NCBI GenBank assembly: GCA_024711325.1
Contig: JANJTC010000005.1
Coordinates: 1,204,172-1,268,171, forward strand
Source: Bacteriovoracaceae bacterium
GTDB lineage: Bacteria > Bdellovibrionota > Bacteriovoracia > Bacteriovoracales > Bacteriovoracaceae
Length of the DNA stretch: 64,000 nt
Direction: 5' to 3'
The notes under the pieces were generated by a model, which saw nothing but the letters and a program-made list of their open reading frames with translations, searched no databases and was not told where the DNA came from. Shown here in pieces: positions 1 through 9,218 of the stretch (position 1 is its first letter; every line of letters starts with the position of its first letter). The position numbers were made by a program, and so were the translations under genes.

Positions 1-628
1 TTTCAGTTTTTTTACGGTAATCAATGAGATCGGCAATCGAAATCATCTTGAGCCCATGCTTGTCAGCAAGCTCACACAATTCAGGAAAGCGCGCCATGGA
101 ACCATCGGGATTCATGATTTCACAAATCACGCCAACGGGTGAGAATCCACTCATGCGAGAGAGATCTACCGAGGCTTCTGTATGCCCGGGACGTTCAAGC
201 ACGCCACCATCCTTAGCGATTAAAGGAAAGATATGGCCGGGTCTGACAAAATCTTTATCTGTCGTCGCTTTATCCGTCATTAGTTTAATCGTGTGAGAAC
301 GGTCAGATGCTGAAATGCCGGTTGAGATTTTTTCACGGGCATCAATGGTTACGGTGAAGGCCGTGCCTAAAGATGCGGTGTTCGTTTCAACCTGACGTTT
401 TAAATCGAATCTTTCCGCAAGTTCGGCCGATAAAGGTGTGCAGATAAGTCCGCGGCCTACGGTTGCCATAAAATTTACTGCCTCTGGGGTGATTAAGTCG
501 GCCGCCATGACAAAGTCACCTTCGTTTTCGCGGTCTTCATCATCCACTACAATGATCATTTGGCCCTGGCGGAGAGCTTCTAAGGCAGTTTCGATAGAAT
601 CTAAAGGACGTATTTTTTCAGTCTTCAT
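1..628 (-). CDS. ribB: 3,4-dihydroxy-2-butanone-4-phosphate synthase (RibB domain, probably the N-terminal half of RibBA); the 3-prime end lies beyond the left edge
   Basis: Not in the ORF track because there is no stop in the window. Manual minus-strand translation from the ATG at 628-626 gives [45 protein letters not shown]...RPGHIFPL...[12 protein letters not shown], which are DHBP synthase blocks. The start overlaps the ribE stop by 11 nt. Confidence 0.85.
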   Translation of the reverse strand, partial: MKTEKIRPLDSIETALEALRQGQMIIVVDDEDRENEGDFVMAADLITPEAVNFMATVGRGLICTPLSAELAERFDLKRQVETNTASLGTAFTVTIDAREKISTGISASDRSHTIKLMTDKATTDKDFVRPGHIFPLIAKDGGVLERPGHTEASVDLSRMSGFSPVGVICEIMNPDGSMARFPELCELADKHGLKMISIADLIDYRKKTE

Positions 629-1265
629 ATTTCACATTAAAAAAGTTGCGGGCCCACTCTTCATTTTGTTTGTCTTTATTAAAACGAAGGAAGTTCTCGA
701 TATATTTAGCAATCATATCTACCTCGAGATTTAAAACATCTCCAACCTTTTTAGCTGATAATGAAGTCTTTTCCAGGGTGTGAGGAATGATCGCCACCGT
801 AAGAGAGGAATCTGTCAGTCGGGCGATGGTCAAACTGATACCATCCAGAGCAATTGAGCCTTCTGAAATCATATATTTACGAAGCTCTGTTGGAATACTG
901 ACTTCTATTTCCCAATTGTTGCCGGTTTTTTCTATCTTTTTGATTTTTCCCAGAGCATTTACGTGGCCTTGGACAAAATGTCCGCCTAAACGGTCTTGAG
1001 GTCTCAAGGAGAGTTCCAGATTGACCTTATCACCAGTTTTAAGGTGACCAATAGAAGTCTTCTCCAGAGTCACATGAATCGCCTGGACCCGAAAAGAGTC
1101 GCCGTGAATTTTAGTCGCCGTCAGGCAGACTCCATTGGTTGCCACTGAATCATCAATAGCTATTTCTTTTATTAAACCAGGAGCGCGTATGACAAACTCT
1201 TTTCCTTCTGCATTGGTGGTGATGGACTCAATGGTTCCAACTTCCTGAATTAATCCTGTGAACAT
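618..1265 (-). CDS. ribE: riboflavin synthase alpha chain
   Basis: 215-aa ORF. It has the [11 protein letters not shown]-terminus and the [10 protein letters not shown] block of the duplicated-barrel riboflavin synthase. It overlaps both ribD and ribB. Confidence 0.9.
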   Translation of the reverse strand: MFTGLIQEVGTIESITTNAEGKEFVIRAPGLIKEIAIDDSVATNGVCLTATKIHGDSFRVQAIHVTLEKTSIGHLKTGDKVNLELSLRPQDRLGGHFVQGHVNALGKIKKIEKTGNNWEIEVSIPTELRKYMISEGSIALDGISLTIARLTDSSLTVAIIPHTLEKTSLSAKKVGDVLNLEVDMIAKYIENFLRFNKDKQNEEWARNFFNVKYED

Positions 1266-2320
1266 AATAATCTTCCTGTAAGAAAGTGATCGTCACCGAT
1301 CCACTTTGATTCTAAATGAGTCAGACGAGGTCTGTTACTAAGTGATGTGAGTTCTAGTTCGCCCAGGAGGTTTTTACCCGCACCCAGAAAACTTGGACTT
1401 TGGTAGAGAGAAACCCGGTCAATGTAGCCGGCCTGAATAAAAGAAGAGGCAAGCTTAGGGCCGCTCTCCAGCATGAGATTCATGAGTCTTCGATTAAAAA
1501 GATCACTCAACGCTTCTGTCAGCGAATTTATTTTGATGACCTGAGAAGCCTCAAAAGAGAAACTTAAATCATGTCGGGTATAAATAAGAGTGCGGTCTTT
1601 AAATTCATCAGTAAATAAATGATGAGTCGAAGGGAGGTTGCCACTTTGAGTGAAAACAATCCTCCAAGGTTGATTACCTTTATAATCTGGAAGCCGCACT
1701 GTAAGTCTTGGATTATCTTTCCGAACAGTTTCACCACCAACAATAATTCCCTGATGAAGTGAGCGCAAGTAATGAACATGAGCGCGGGCCTTCTCTCCTG
1801 TGATCCATTGTGATTCACCATTTAGTAGGGCCGTTTTTCCATCGAGGGTGACGGCGGCCTTGAAGTGGATGAAAGGTCTTTTTTTTCTTTGTGAAAGAAA
1901 GAAGGCCTCATTCAATTCTTCACCTTCCGTCTCTAAAATCCCATAATCAACTTCAATCCCATTACTCCTTAATAGTTCCACTCCTTGACCGAACACCATA
2001 GGGTTTGGATCAAGGTTTGCGATGACAACTTTTTTAATTTTTTCTTTAATCAGTCTTTGAGCGCAGGGAGGAGTCGTTTTATTCGTGTGACAACATGGCT
2101 CGAGGTTGACATAGATGGTAGCACCTTCCGGAGATTCAGTGCAATTTTTCAAGGCATCAATCTCAGCATGATCCTGACCTTGCTGATGATGATAACCCTG
2201 ACCAATGATTCTTCCATCTTTTACGATGACCGCACCCACTAGTGGATTGGGCCAGGTCTTTCCCAATGCCTTCGAGGCAAGTTCAAAAGTTTTTTTAATG
2301 AACTCTGAATCATTCATCAT
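1250..2320 (-). CDS. ribD: bifunctional diaminohydroxyphosphoribosylaminopyrimidine deaminase / 5-amino-6-(5-phosphoribosylamino)uracil reductase
   Basis: 356-aa ORF with the deaminase zinc motifs DHAE and PCCHTNKTTPPC, followed by a reductase-length C-terminal half. Position in the rib operon fits. Confidence 0.9.
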   Translation of the reverse strand: MMNDSEFIKKTFELASKALGKTWPNPLVGAVIVKDGRIIGQGYHHQQGQDHAEIDALKNCTESPEGATIYVNLEPCCHTNKTTPPCAQRLIKEKIKKVVIANLDPNPMVFGQGVELLRSNGIEVDYGILETEGEELNEAFFLSQRKKRPFIHFKAAVTLDGKTALLNGESQWITGEKARAHVHYLRSLHQGIIVGGETVRKDNPRLTVRLPDYKGNQPWRIVFTQSGNLPSTHHLFTDEFKDRTLIYTRHDLSFSFEASQVIKINSLTEALSDLFNRRLMNLMLESGPKLASSFIQAGYIDRVSLYQSPSFLGAGKNLLGELELTSLSNRPRLTHLESKWIGDDHFLTGRLLCSQD

Positions 2321-3257
2321 CTTCCTCGAGATCCTGAAAGACCTTTCCGGCAGGATCTTTTTTTAATTCTTCCAGGTAAAGTTCCAGGGAATAACCAGGA
2401 GTCACTCCCAACCATTCTTTTATGGTGGCGTGGTTGATATTCATATTCAGCCACTTGAAAATACAAGATTGGCGTAGGGACTTCGCAGTCATTTCTATTT
2501 TTAATTCACGGCGGATTTCTTCAAAGAAAAGTTCCGTCCCCCGAGGAGACAGCCCTCCGGAGAGAATCTTATAAGGATTGGCATTAAAGAGCAGTTCCTC
2601 AATTTCAAGCCCTTGTTTTTCAAAATGCTCTGATCGCAGTTTCTGATAAAGGTGGAAATCATGGTTAAAGACCACAGGCAGTGGAATCGAGTAAGGATCA
2701 CGTTTGGGATGCTCAACCAGAACGCGGTAATTATTCTTATCTTTGAGGATGCTTCCAAAGCTTAGTTTGGCCAGATCAGATACCTTAAGCCCTGAGCCAT
2801 AGATTAAATGGAAAATGACCACGTTCCGCATGTTCACTAATTGGGTCAGTCCCTCGGAGCTGGCAACTCTTTGCTTTAAAAGTTCATAGGTTTTAATGAC
2901 TTCCGGGAAGGCGGAAGGCTCTGGATCATCCAATACCTTTGGTGAGACCGCCATCTTCTTGAGAGGATTTTCTGGAAAGATATTAAGCATTAATAGGTAA
3001 TCAAAAAACAAACGCAAGGCCTGAACTCGACGTCTGACTGAATTGGGTGACCCATATTTTTTGTCCAGATATTGAGAGTATTCCTGAACCTGAATAATGG
3101 TAAAAGTTTTGATTTTTAAATGCTGTTGTTTGGCGATCAGGAAAGTATTAAAGCATTGAAGGTCAGCTTTATAATTCTTTACGGTATTAAAGCTTTTACC
3201 CTGACGTTCAAGTTGTTTTAAAAATTCTTGCTGTTTATCAATTAAATTCCATTCCAT
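2310..3257 (-). CDS. tyrosine-recombinase (Xer/phage-integrase) fold protein with a degenerate catalytic set
   Basis: 315 aa. The N-terminal SAM-like block is FNTVKNYKADLQCFNTFL. The C-terminal boxes align to XerC/D but read GSGLKVSDL (Arg to Lys), AKSLRQS (His-x-x-Arg-His becomes Lys-x-x-Arg-Gln) and LGVTPGYSLELY (His to Val, Tyr kept). It overlaps the ribD start by 11 nt. Confidence 0.6.
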   Translation of the reverse strand: MEWNLIDKQQEFLKQLERQGKSFNTVKNYKADLQCFNTFLIAKQQHLKIKTFTIIQVQEYSQYLDKKYGSPNSVRRRVQALRLFFDYLLMLNIFPENPLKKMAVSPKVLDDPEPSAFPEVIKTYELLKQRVASSEGLTQLVNMRNVVIFHLIYGSGLKVSDLAKLSFGSILKDKNNYRVLVEHPKRDPYSIPLPVVFNHDFHLYQKLRSEHFEKQGLEIEELLFNANPYKILSGGLSPRGTELFFEEIRRELKIEMTAKSLRQSCIFKWLNMNINHATIKEWLGVTPGYSLELYLEELKKDPAGKVFQDLEEDDE

Positions 3258-3310
3258 GGGTTCGTATATTACGAAAAAGGCTTGGATATGTACAGGAAAT
3301 CCGTTACTCT

Positions 3311-4939
3311 GTGGCCCTCGGAGGCATGATGATTACTGTATCTAATTTAACCAAATCTTATGGTGGGCAAGTCCTGTATCAAGGCGGCTCTTTTTTTATT
3401 GGCCCAGGTGAGAAAGTGGGACTGGTTGGTCCCAACGGTGCTGGTAAAACCTCTCTGTTTCGTCTCATTACTGGTGAAGAACGGGCCGATTCAGGAGCAG
3501 TGGATATTCCTAAAAACTTACGTCTTTGTTACTTCTCACAAAATGTGGGGGAATTAAAAGGTCGGAGTGCTTTAGAAGAAGTCATTCACGGAAATGTTCG
3601 TTTAGGATTCCTGAAAACTGAAATCTCAAAAATTGAAAAGGCCCTGGAAGAAGGGGAATACTCTGATGAAATGCTCGAAAAACTCGGGGATTATCAGACT
3701 GAATTTGAAAAACTTGGTGGTTACGATATTGAATATCAAGCTGCGGAAGTTTTAACTGGTCTGGGTATCATGCCGGAAGACCAACAACGCCCGGTTGAAT
3801 CATTCTCGGGTGGTTGGAAAATGCGTATCGCTCTGGCCAAGGTTCTGGCACAAAAACCTGAATTTGTTTTAATGGATGAGCCAACCAACTATCTTGATTT
3901 GGAATCCATCATCTGGCTTGAGAATTGGCTACGTAACTTTAAAGGTGCTGTTTTCATGACAAGTCATGATCGTGACTTCATGAACAGCATTGTGAAAAAA
4001 GTCGTTGAGGTCAATCATAAGACCATTACGGTTTATTCCGGAAATTATGATTATTATGTCAAAGAAAGAGAAATACGTCGGGAACAACTGGTAGCAAGTT
4101 CTGAGCGCCAGGAAGCGATGTTAAAAAAAGAAGAAGAGTTCATTGCAAAATTTGCAGCTCGAGCTTCTCACGCCGCTCAGGTTCAGTCCCGTGTGAAAAA
4201 ACTGGATAAGATTGACCGGATTGAAGTTATTCCTGATGATCAGGCAATAAACTTTGAATTCCCGAAACCTCCTCGCTCTGGAAACGATGTCGTGAAGATG
4301 GATAATCTCGCTAAAGTCTGGGTGACTCCCGAAGGCAAAGAGAAAAAAGTCTTCTCTGGGGTTTCTGGACTCGTCAAGCGACTTGAAAGAGTTGCTGTTG
4401 TGGGTGTGAACGGTGCAGGGAAGTCAACGTTACTTAAAATCATCAGTGGACTTACCGAGGCCACTGAAGGTCAGGCCGTGATTGGTGCCAACGTTCAAAT
4501 AGGTTATTTTTCCCAGTACTCTATGGATGTTCTAAATCCTAATAAAACTGTCTTCGAAGAAGTTCGTGACCGGGTTCAGGATAAGTCTGATGGTTATATG
4601 AGAAATCTCCTGGCTGCATTCCTTTTTAGAGGGGATGACGTTGAGAAAAAAGTTTCAGTTTTGTCAGGCGGAGAGAAATCTCGTTTGATCCTTGCTACGA
4701 TTTTAACGAATCCATGTAATCTGCTGATTCTGGATGAGCCTACCAACCACCTGGATATTAGATCCAGGGAAGTGTTGATTGAAGCTTTGAAGGCCTATGA
4801 AGGCACAATCTTAATTGTTTCCCATGATCGCCACTTTTTAAAACAACTAACGACTCAGGTTGCAGAAGTCGATAAGGGCGGAGTAAGATTTTATCCAGGA
4901 ACTTATTCTGAATATCTCACTGAAATTGGAGATCATTAA
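3311..4939 (+). CDS. ABC-F family ATPase (soluble, two ABC cassettes, no membrane domain)
   Basis: Walker A motifs GPNGAGKTS and GVNGAGKST, and ABC signatures FSGGWKMR and LSGGEKSR. The track start is a GTG at 3311. ATG codons at 3326 and 3329 (MMITVSNL) are equally plausible starts. Confidence 0.9.
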   Translation: MALGGMMITVSNLTKSYGGQVLYQGGSFFIGPGEKVGLVGPNGAGKTSLFRLITGEERADSGAVDIPKNLRLCYFSQNVGELKGRSALEEVIHGNVRLGFLKTEISKIEKALEEGEYSDEMLEKLGDYQTEFEKLGGYDIEYQAAEVLTGLGIMPEDQQRPVESFSGGWKMRIALAKVLAQKPEFVLMDEPTNYLDLESIIWLENWLRNFKGAVFMTSHDRDFMNSIVKKVVEVNHKTITVYSGNYDYYVKEREIRREQLVASSERQEAMLKKEEEFIAKFAARASHAAQVQSRVKKLDKIDRIEVIPDDQAINFEFPKPPRSGNDVVKMDNLAKVWVTPEGKEKKVFSGVSGLVKRLERVAVVGVNGAGKSTLLKIISGLTEATEGQAVIGANVQIGYFSQYSMDVLNPNKTVFEEVRDRVQDKSDGYMRNLLAAFLFRGDDVEKKVSVLSGGEKSRLILATILTNPCNLLILDEPTNHLDIRSREVLIEALKAYEGTILIVSHDRHFLKQLTTQVAEVDKGGVRFYPGTYSEYLTEIGDH

Positions 4940-5289
4940 TGGCCGCGACTAAAGTCATGCTCAGTCCCAACCAAATCCTCCTTAAAGAGGGGGATCACTC
5001 GAGTAACATGTACTGGGTACAAAGTGGTCAGTTGGTCGTCACCAAGAAGCGAGGACTAGAAGAAGTGGTCCTAGGTCATATCTACAGTGGGGAGCTTGTC
5101 GGTGAGATCTCTTTTCTGGATGAGGAGCCAAGAAGTGCCACTGTTAAGGCCGTTACCGATTGTGATCTGATTCAGATCCCTCAAGAGGCCATTGACGGTA
5201 TTTTTAAGACCCAGCCTAAATGGTTGGAAATTCTGGTCAAGACCCTGGCCGAGCGCCTTCGTAAAGCAAATGCCCGGATAAAAATCTAA
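4939..5289 (+). CDS. stand-alone cyclic-nucleotide-binding domain protein
   Basis: 116 aa with the block GELVGEISFLDEEPRSATVKAVTDC, matching the cNMP phosphate-binding cassette FGE...RSA. Its ATG overlaps the ABC-F stop (TAATG). Confidence 0.8.
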   Translation: MAATKVMLSPNQILLKEGDHSSNMYWVQSGQLVVTKKRGLEEVVLGHIYSGELVGEISFLDEEPRSATVKAVTDCDLIQIPQEAIDGIFKTQPKWLEILVKTLAERLRKANARIKI

Positions 5290-5383
5290 GGATACCCTGA
5301 CTTTCGTTCTCTAGAAGTTAGTTATTCCTATTAGATAACCTTTCGAACGAGCATCACATTTTATGAACATAACTTCATGATTT

Positions 5384-5413
5384 GAGGCGTGAGAAGCACA
5401 CCTCCTGTTTTTT
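5384..5413 (+). terminator. candidate intrinsic terminator downstream of the cNMP-binding gene
   Basis: gaggcgtg-agaag-cacacctc stem (one mismatch) followed by ctgtttttt. Confidence 0.45.
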
Positions 5414-5556
5414 GCGTTGCGTGATGGTAAATTTTTGCATACTCTCTCAAGTTCGTTGCGAAAGAAGCTCAAAACCATTAGAACTCTTTTCATTGTGAAA
5501 TTTAAATTTTGCTGAAGCTCTCGAGGGACTTCAGATAGACGACCTTAAGGTGATTT

Positions 5557-6306
5557 ATGTCACGGCCTCGCTTACATCAATTTTTGTCTCAAGTTTTTGA
5601 AACTAAAGATCCCTCTGAAGTTTTAAATCTTTTTCAACATGAAGACTTTGACTGTTTCATGGAGATTCATGCTCTCAAAATTCCTAAGCGGGAATTGGCC
5701 CAGGCCTTTACACACACATCTTTTTCTCATGAATTTAGTGTTCCTCATCAGGAGCAACTGGAATTTCTAGGAGACTCAGTTCTCCAGCTCATTTTAACAG
5801 AAGAGCTATTTAAGAGATTTCCCACGGAGAAGGAAGGTCATCTTTCCAAGTTAAGAAGTGCCTTGGTGAATGAAGCGAGTCTTTCGATTATGGCAAGAGG
5901 TCTTAACCTAAGTGATCTTATCATTGTAGGGAAGGGTGAGTTTATTAAAAAGCTCTATTTGGAAGCTTCTGTTCTGGCCGATACATTTGAGGCGTTGCTG
6001 GCCCAAATTTATCGCCATCATGGATTTGAATTCACACGGGTTCTGTTTCTCTCATGGCTTAATAAATTTATTCCAACTGCCTTTGACATAAATTTTCTTG
6101 ATCAGTTTGATGCCAAATCCAAACTTCAGGAAAAAGTCCTGGCGAAATATAAAAAGTTGCCACGCTACACCTCTGAAAATCAGGGAGATCAATTCGAGAT
6201 CACTCTGTGGATCAATGATGTGGCAAGAATCAGAGGAGTTTTCTCCTCTAAGAAGTCCGGTGAAAAAGAGCTGGCACAAGAAGTTTTAAAGAAAGATCTA
6301 ATTTAA
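5557..6306 (+). CDS. rnc: ribonuclease III
   Basis: 249 aa. Carries the RNase III signature EQLEFLGDSVLQL, and the C-terminal third is long enough for a dsRNA-binding domain. Confidence 0.9.
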   Translation: MSRPRLHQFLSQVFETKDPSEVLNLFQHEDFDCFMEIHALKIPKRELAQAFTHTSFSHEFSVPHQEQLEFLGDSVLQLILTEELFKRFPTEKEGHLSKLRSALVNEASLSIMARGLNLSDLIIVGKGEFIKKLYLEASVLADTFEALLAQIYRHHGFEFTRVLFLSWLNKFIPTAFDINFLDQFDAKSKLQEKVLAKYKKLPRYTSENQGDQFEITLWINDVARIRGVFSSKKSGEKELAQEVLKKDLI

Positions 6307-6315
6307 GGAGATACC

Positions 6316-7284
6316 ATGTTATTTGAAAATCAACATCCCCATAACAAAGCGATCATGATTGCCGTTCTTGGGAAACCAAATGTTGGAAAGAGTTCTTTCA
6401 TCAATCATCTTATGGGATTTGACCTCTCGATTGTGAGTTCAAAACCCCAGACAACTCGTAATCAGTTCCACTGTGCCTTCACCATTGACCGCACAGAGGT
6501 TGTTTTAGTCGACACTCCGGGAGTGCATGCCACGGCCCAGGAATTAAATAAAAGAATGAATGGCCAGGCCCAGATGGGTGCTGAAGGTGTTGATCTGAAT
6601 TTTGTTCTGATTGACCTGACGACGGATGTGGTGACCGAGTTTAAAGACTTCCTTAAAAACTTTGATGCTCCTTTATCAAAAACATGGATTATCTTTACGA
6701 AGTCAGATCTTGTAAAAAAAGAAGATTTAAACTTAGGCCCGGCACTGGTTAAGATGCAGGAGCTTTGCCCTTTAATTGAGAAACATTTTGTGATCTCTTC
6801 AAAAGATGGCCATAACATTCACGAAATTACTGGCGCGATCCAGGATGCGGCCTTAAGTAATCCTCACCTTTATCCAGGTGGAGATGCTTCCAATATGAAT
6901 GAGCGCTTTTTTGTTACTGAATACATTCGTGAGCAGGCCTTCCGCCTATTAAAAGAAGAGCTTCCTTATGAGATTGCTGTAATCATTGATGAGTATAAAG
7001 ATATCAAGAAAAAAGATGAAGAGGCGATTCCTGAAGCCCATATTTCTGCTTCTATTCTTGTGAATCGTCCATCTCAGCGGGCAATTGTTGTTGGCCGGGG
7101 TGGTTCAATTATTAAAGAGATTGGAATTAATGCCAGAAAAAAAATCGAGGCGATGATTGGCGGGAAGGTTCATCTTAATCTTCACGTTAAAGTCTCTCCT
7201 AAATGGTTTAACAATAACTATGTTTTAGATGAAATCGGACTCCCTCGCACACAGAAGTCTACGAGAGTCTGGAGGAAAAAATGA
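6316..7284 (+). CDS. era: GTPase Era
   Basis: GKPNVGKSS, DTPG and TKSD G-motifs plus a C-terminal KH-like region (VGRGGSIIKEIG). The rnc-era order is conserved. Confidence 0.92.
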   Translation: MLFENQHPHNKAIMIAVLGKPNVGKSSFINHLMGFDLSIVSSKPQTTRNQFHCAFTIDRTEVVLVDTPGVHATAQELNKRMNGQAQMGAEGVDLNFVLIDLTTDVVTEFKDFLKNFDAPLSKTWIIFTKSDLVKKEDLNLGPALVKMQELCPLIEKHFVISSKDGHNIHEITGAIQDAALSNPHLYPGGDASNMNERFFVTEYIREQAFRLLKEELPYEIAVIIDEYKDIKKKDEEAIPEAHISASILVNRPSQRAIVVGRGGSIIKEIGINARKKIEAMIGGKVHLNLHVKVSPKWFNNNYVLDEIGLPRTQKSTRVWRKK

Positions 7285-9146
7285 ATCAAAGATCGATGGT
7301 TGTCTCCATAATTGGAAGACCCAATGTCGGGAAAAGCACTATCTTTAACCGACTGATGAAAAAACAACACCTGGCCATGACTCATGATCAGCCCGGAGTT
7401 ACCCGTGATCGTCACTATGGGATTCTTCAGTTGGAAGAATATGTAGACGGGCAAGAACTCAAGCAAGATGTCATTCTGGTTGATACCGGTGGCTTTTATC
7501 CGGATAAAATTGAAATCGATACTCATAAGAAAAAAAACAATGTTGATCCGTTTTTTAACATCATGGCCGATCATGCGAAACTTGCCATCAATGAATCAGA
7601 CCTGGTCTTGTTCATCGTGGACGTTCGCGAAGGTTTCCTGCCTTTTGATAAAGGCATCTGTGATTACATTAAATCGACGAAGAAACCTTTTTGGCTTGTG
7701 ATGAACAAGTTTGATACTGAGAAACAGGAAGGGGATCAATACGATTTTTACACCCTGGGTCTGGATGAAGAAAACATGTTAAGAGTCTCGGCCGAACATA
7801 ATCGCGGCTTTTATGAATTGCGTGAGCGTATGCTCAAAATGGCGACTTCATTTAAAGAATCCGAGCTTTCCAAGACAGTTGATGGCCATCTTCAAAATGG
7901 AGTTAAACCACGTAATGATGTAGTTTCTTCAGTTGCGATCATTGGTGCACCGAACGCCGGTAAATCAACTCTCTTAAATTGCTTAGTGGGCGCTCAGCGC
8001 GCCTTGGTTTCAGAGATTGCTGGAACCACGGTTGATCCGATCGAAGGCTATATCGACCTTTATTTCGGTCCGGATGTTGAAATGCTCACTGCCCGGGACA
8101 ATCAATTCCGTAAAGACAACGATGAGATGTTTGAAGAGTTAAAACGTTTCCAGGAATCCGGCGACGTGGATCTGAATATTTCAATTGATGAAGAAGACCT
8201 GACGGAAGAAGAAAAGAAAATCTACGTTGAATATGGCCAGACAGAAGAGTCAACTTTTGCTGACGGCGAAGACGCCGACGTTGGCGCTTCTTCGGATTTT
8301 AGTTTTGATGAATCTAACACAGGACCTGACCTTTTCTCTGAAAAGGAGATACTGAGTGAGATTGAAAAAAATTGGGATTCTGCTCCAGAAGAGGAAGTGG
8401 CCGATCTGGAATTCGCTCAATATATCAACCGCTGGCGTTCAGTGAAGTTGGTCGACACTGCTGGAATCAGGAAATCCAAGTTAGTTGAAGGTTTCATTGA
8501 AACCCAAAGTGTTTATCGATCTTTAAGATCAATAACAGAATCAGATATCGTACTTTTTATGATTGATTCAACTCTTGGAATCACCCATCAGGATCGTCGA
8601 CTGTGTGATATTGCTCTGGAAAAAGGCAAGTCAGTCATCATCTGCTTAAACAAAATCGACCTTCTGAAAGATACCTTTGCTGACCAGAAGAAAAAGAAGG
8701 AATGGATTCAGAACCTTAGGGATGAAGTGCCTTGGCTGAATTTTTGTCAACTCGTGACGATTTCCGCCCAGAAGAACAGGAACATTAACTATCTTCGGGA
8801 AGCTGTTAAACGTACAGTGGTTGTCCGCAATCGTAAGATCCCAACAGGGGCCTTGAACCGTTGCCTGCTTCAGCTCACTGACAGAAATCCTGTGATTGTG
8901 AAGAAAACAAATGGCACAAGATTTAAGGTGAAATACGCTTCGATGCTAAAAACCAGTCCACCAACCTTTTTACTTTTTAGTAATAAGTCCCAAGGGATTC
9001 CTGAAAACTACCGACGTTATCTGGTAAATGGTCTTCGAAAAGAATTTGATCTAACCAATACTCCTGTGCATTTAATTTTTAGAACCTCAACCGATATTGA
9101 AAGAAGAATGCGTAAGGTTGAGAAGAAAAACGCAAAAAAAACTTAA
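7281..9146 (+). CDS. der: ribosome-assembly GTPase Der (EngA) with a large acidic insertion in GTPase domain 2
   Basis: Two G domains (GRPNVGKST/DTGG/NKFD and GAPNAGKST/DTAG/NKID) and a KH-like C-terminus. At 621 aa it is long for Der. Confidence 0.9.
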   Translation: MNQRSMVVSIIGRPNVGKSTIFNRLMKKQHLAMTHDQPGVTRDRHYGILQLEEYVDGQELKQDVILVDTGGFYPDKIEIDTHKKKNNVDPFFNIMADHAKLAINESDLVLFIVDVREGFLPFDKGICDYIKSTKKPFWLVMNKFDTEKQEGDQYDFYTLGLDEENMLRVSAEHNRGFYELRERMLKMATSFKESELSKTVDGHLQNGVKPRNDVVSSVAIIGAPNAGKSTLLNCLVGAQRALVSEIAGTTVDPIEGYIDLYFGPDVEMLTARDNQFRKDNDEMFEELKRFQESGDVDLNISIDEEDLTEEEKKIYVEYGQTEESTFADGEDADVGASSDFSFDESNTGPDLFSEKEILSEIEKNWDSAPEEEVADLEFAQYINRWRSVKLVDTAGIRKSKLVEGFIETQSVYRSLRSITESDIVLFMIDSTLGITHQDRRLCDIALEKGKSVIICLNKIDLLKDTFADQKKKKEWIQNLRDEVPWLNFCQLVTISAQKNRNINYLREAVKRTVVVRNRKIPTGALNRCLLQLTDRNPVIVKKTNGTRFKVKYASMLKTSPPTFLLFSNKSQGIPENYRRYLVNGLRKEFDLTNTPVHLIFRTSTDIERRMRKVEKKNAKKT

Positions 9147-9153
9147 TCTTTTT

Positions 9154-9180
9154 AAAGGGCCCCGAAAAGGGGCCTTTTAA
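9154..9180 (+). terminator. intrinsic terminator after der
   Basis: ggcccc-gaaaa-ggggcc hairpin with flanking A and T runs, 8 nt after the der stop. Confidence 0.7.
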
Positions 9181-9218
9181 AGTTCATTTCATGATTCTTC
9201 CAAACTAGAATTATCTCA

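Noticed and set aside
24-734. Track ORFs 24..296 (+) and 438..734 (+).
   Set aside because: They are antisense to a clear RibB reading frame whose translation shows DHBP synthase motifs. The + frames are low-complexity with no SD.
2310-3257. The integrase-like gene as a marker of an integrated mobile element or island.
   Set aside because: I found no flanking direct repeats, tRNA, phage or IS genes. The gene overlaps ribD and sits within a housekeeping operon.
5311-5493. 60-aa minus-strand ORF in the 267-bp spacer upstream of rnc.
   Set aside because: It has no SD and no recognisable motif, and it spans the predicted + strand terminator. The region is more likely the rnc leader and promoter region.
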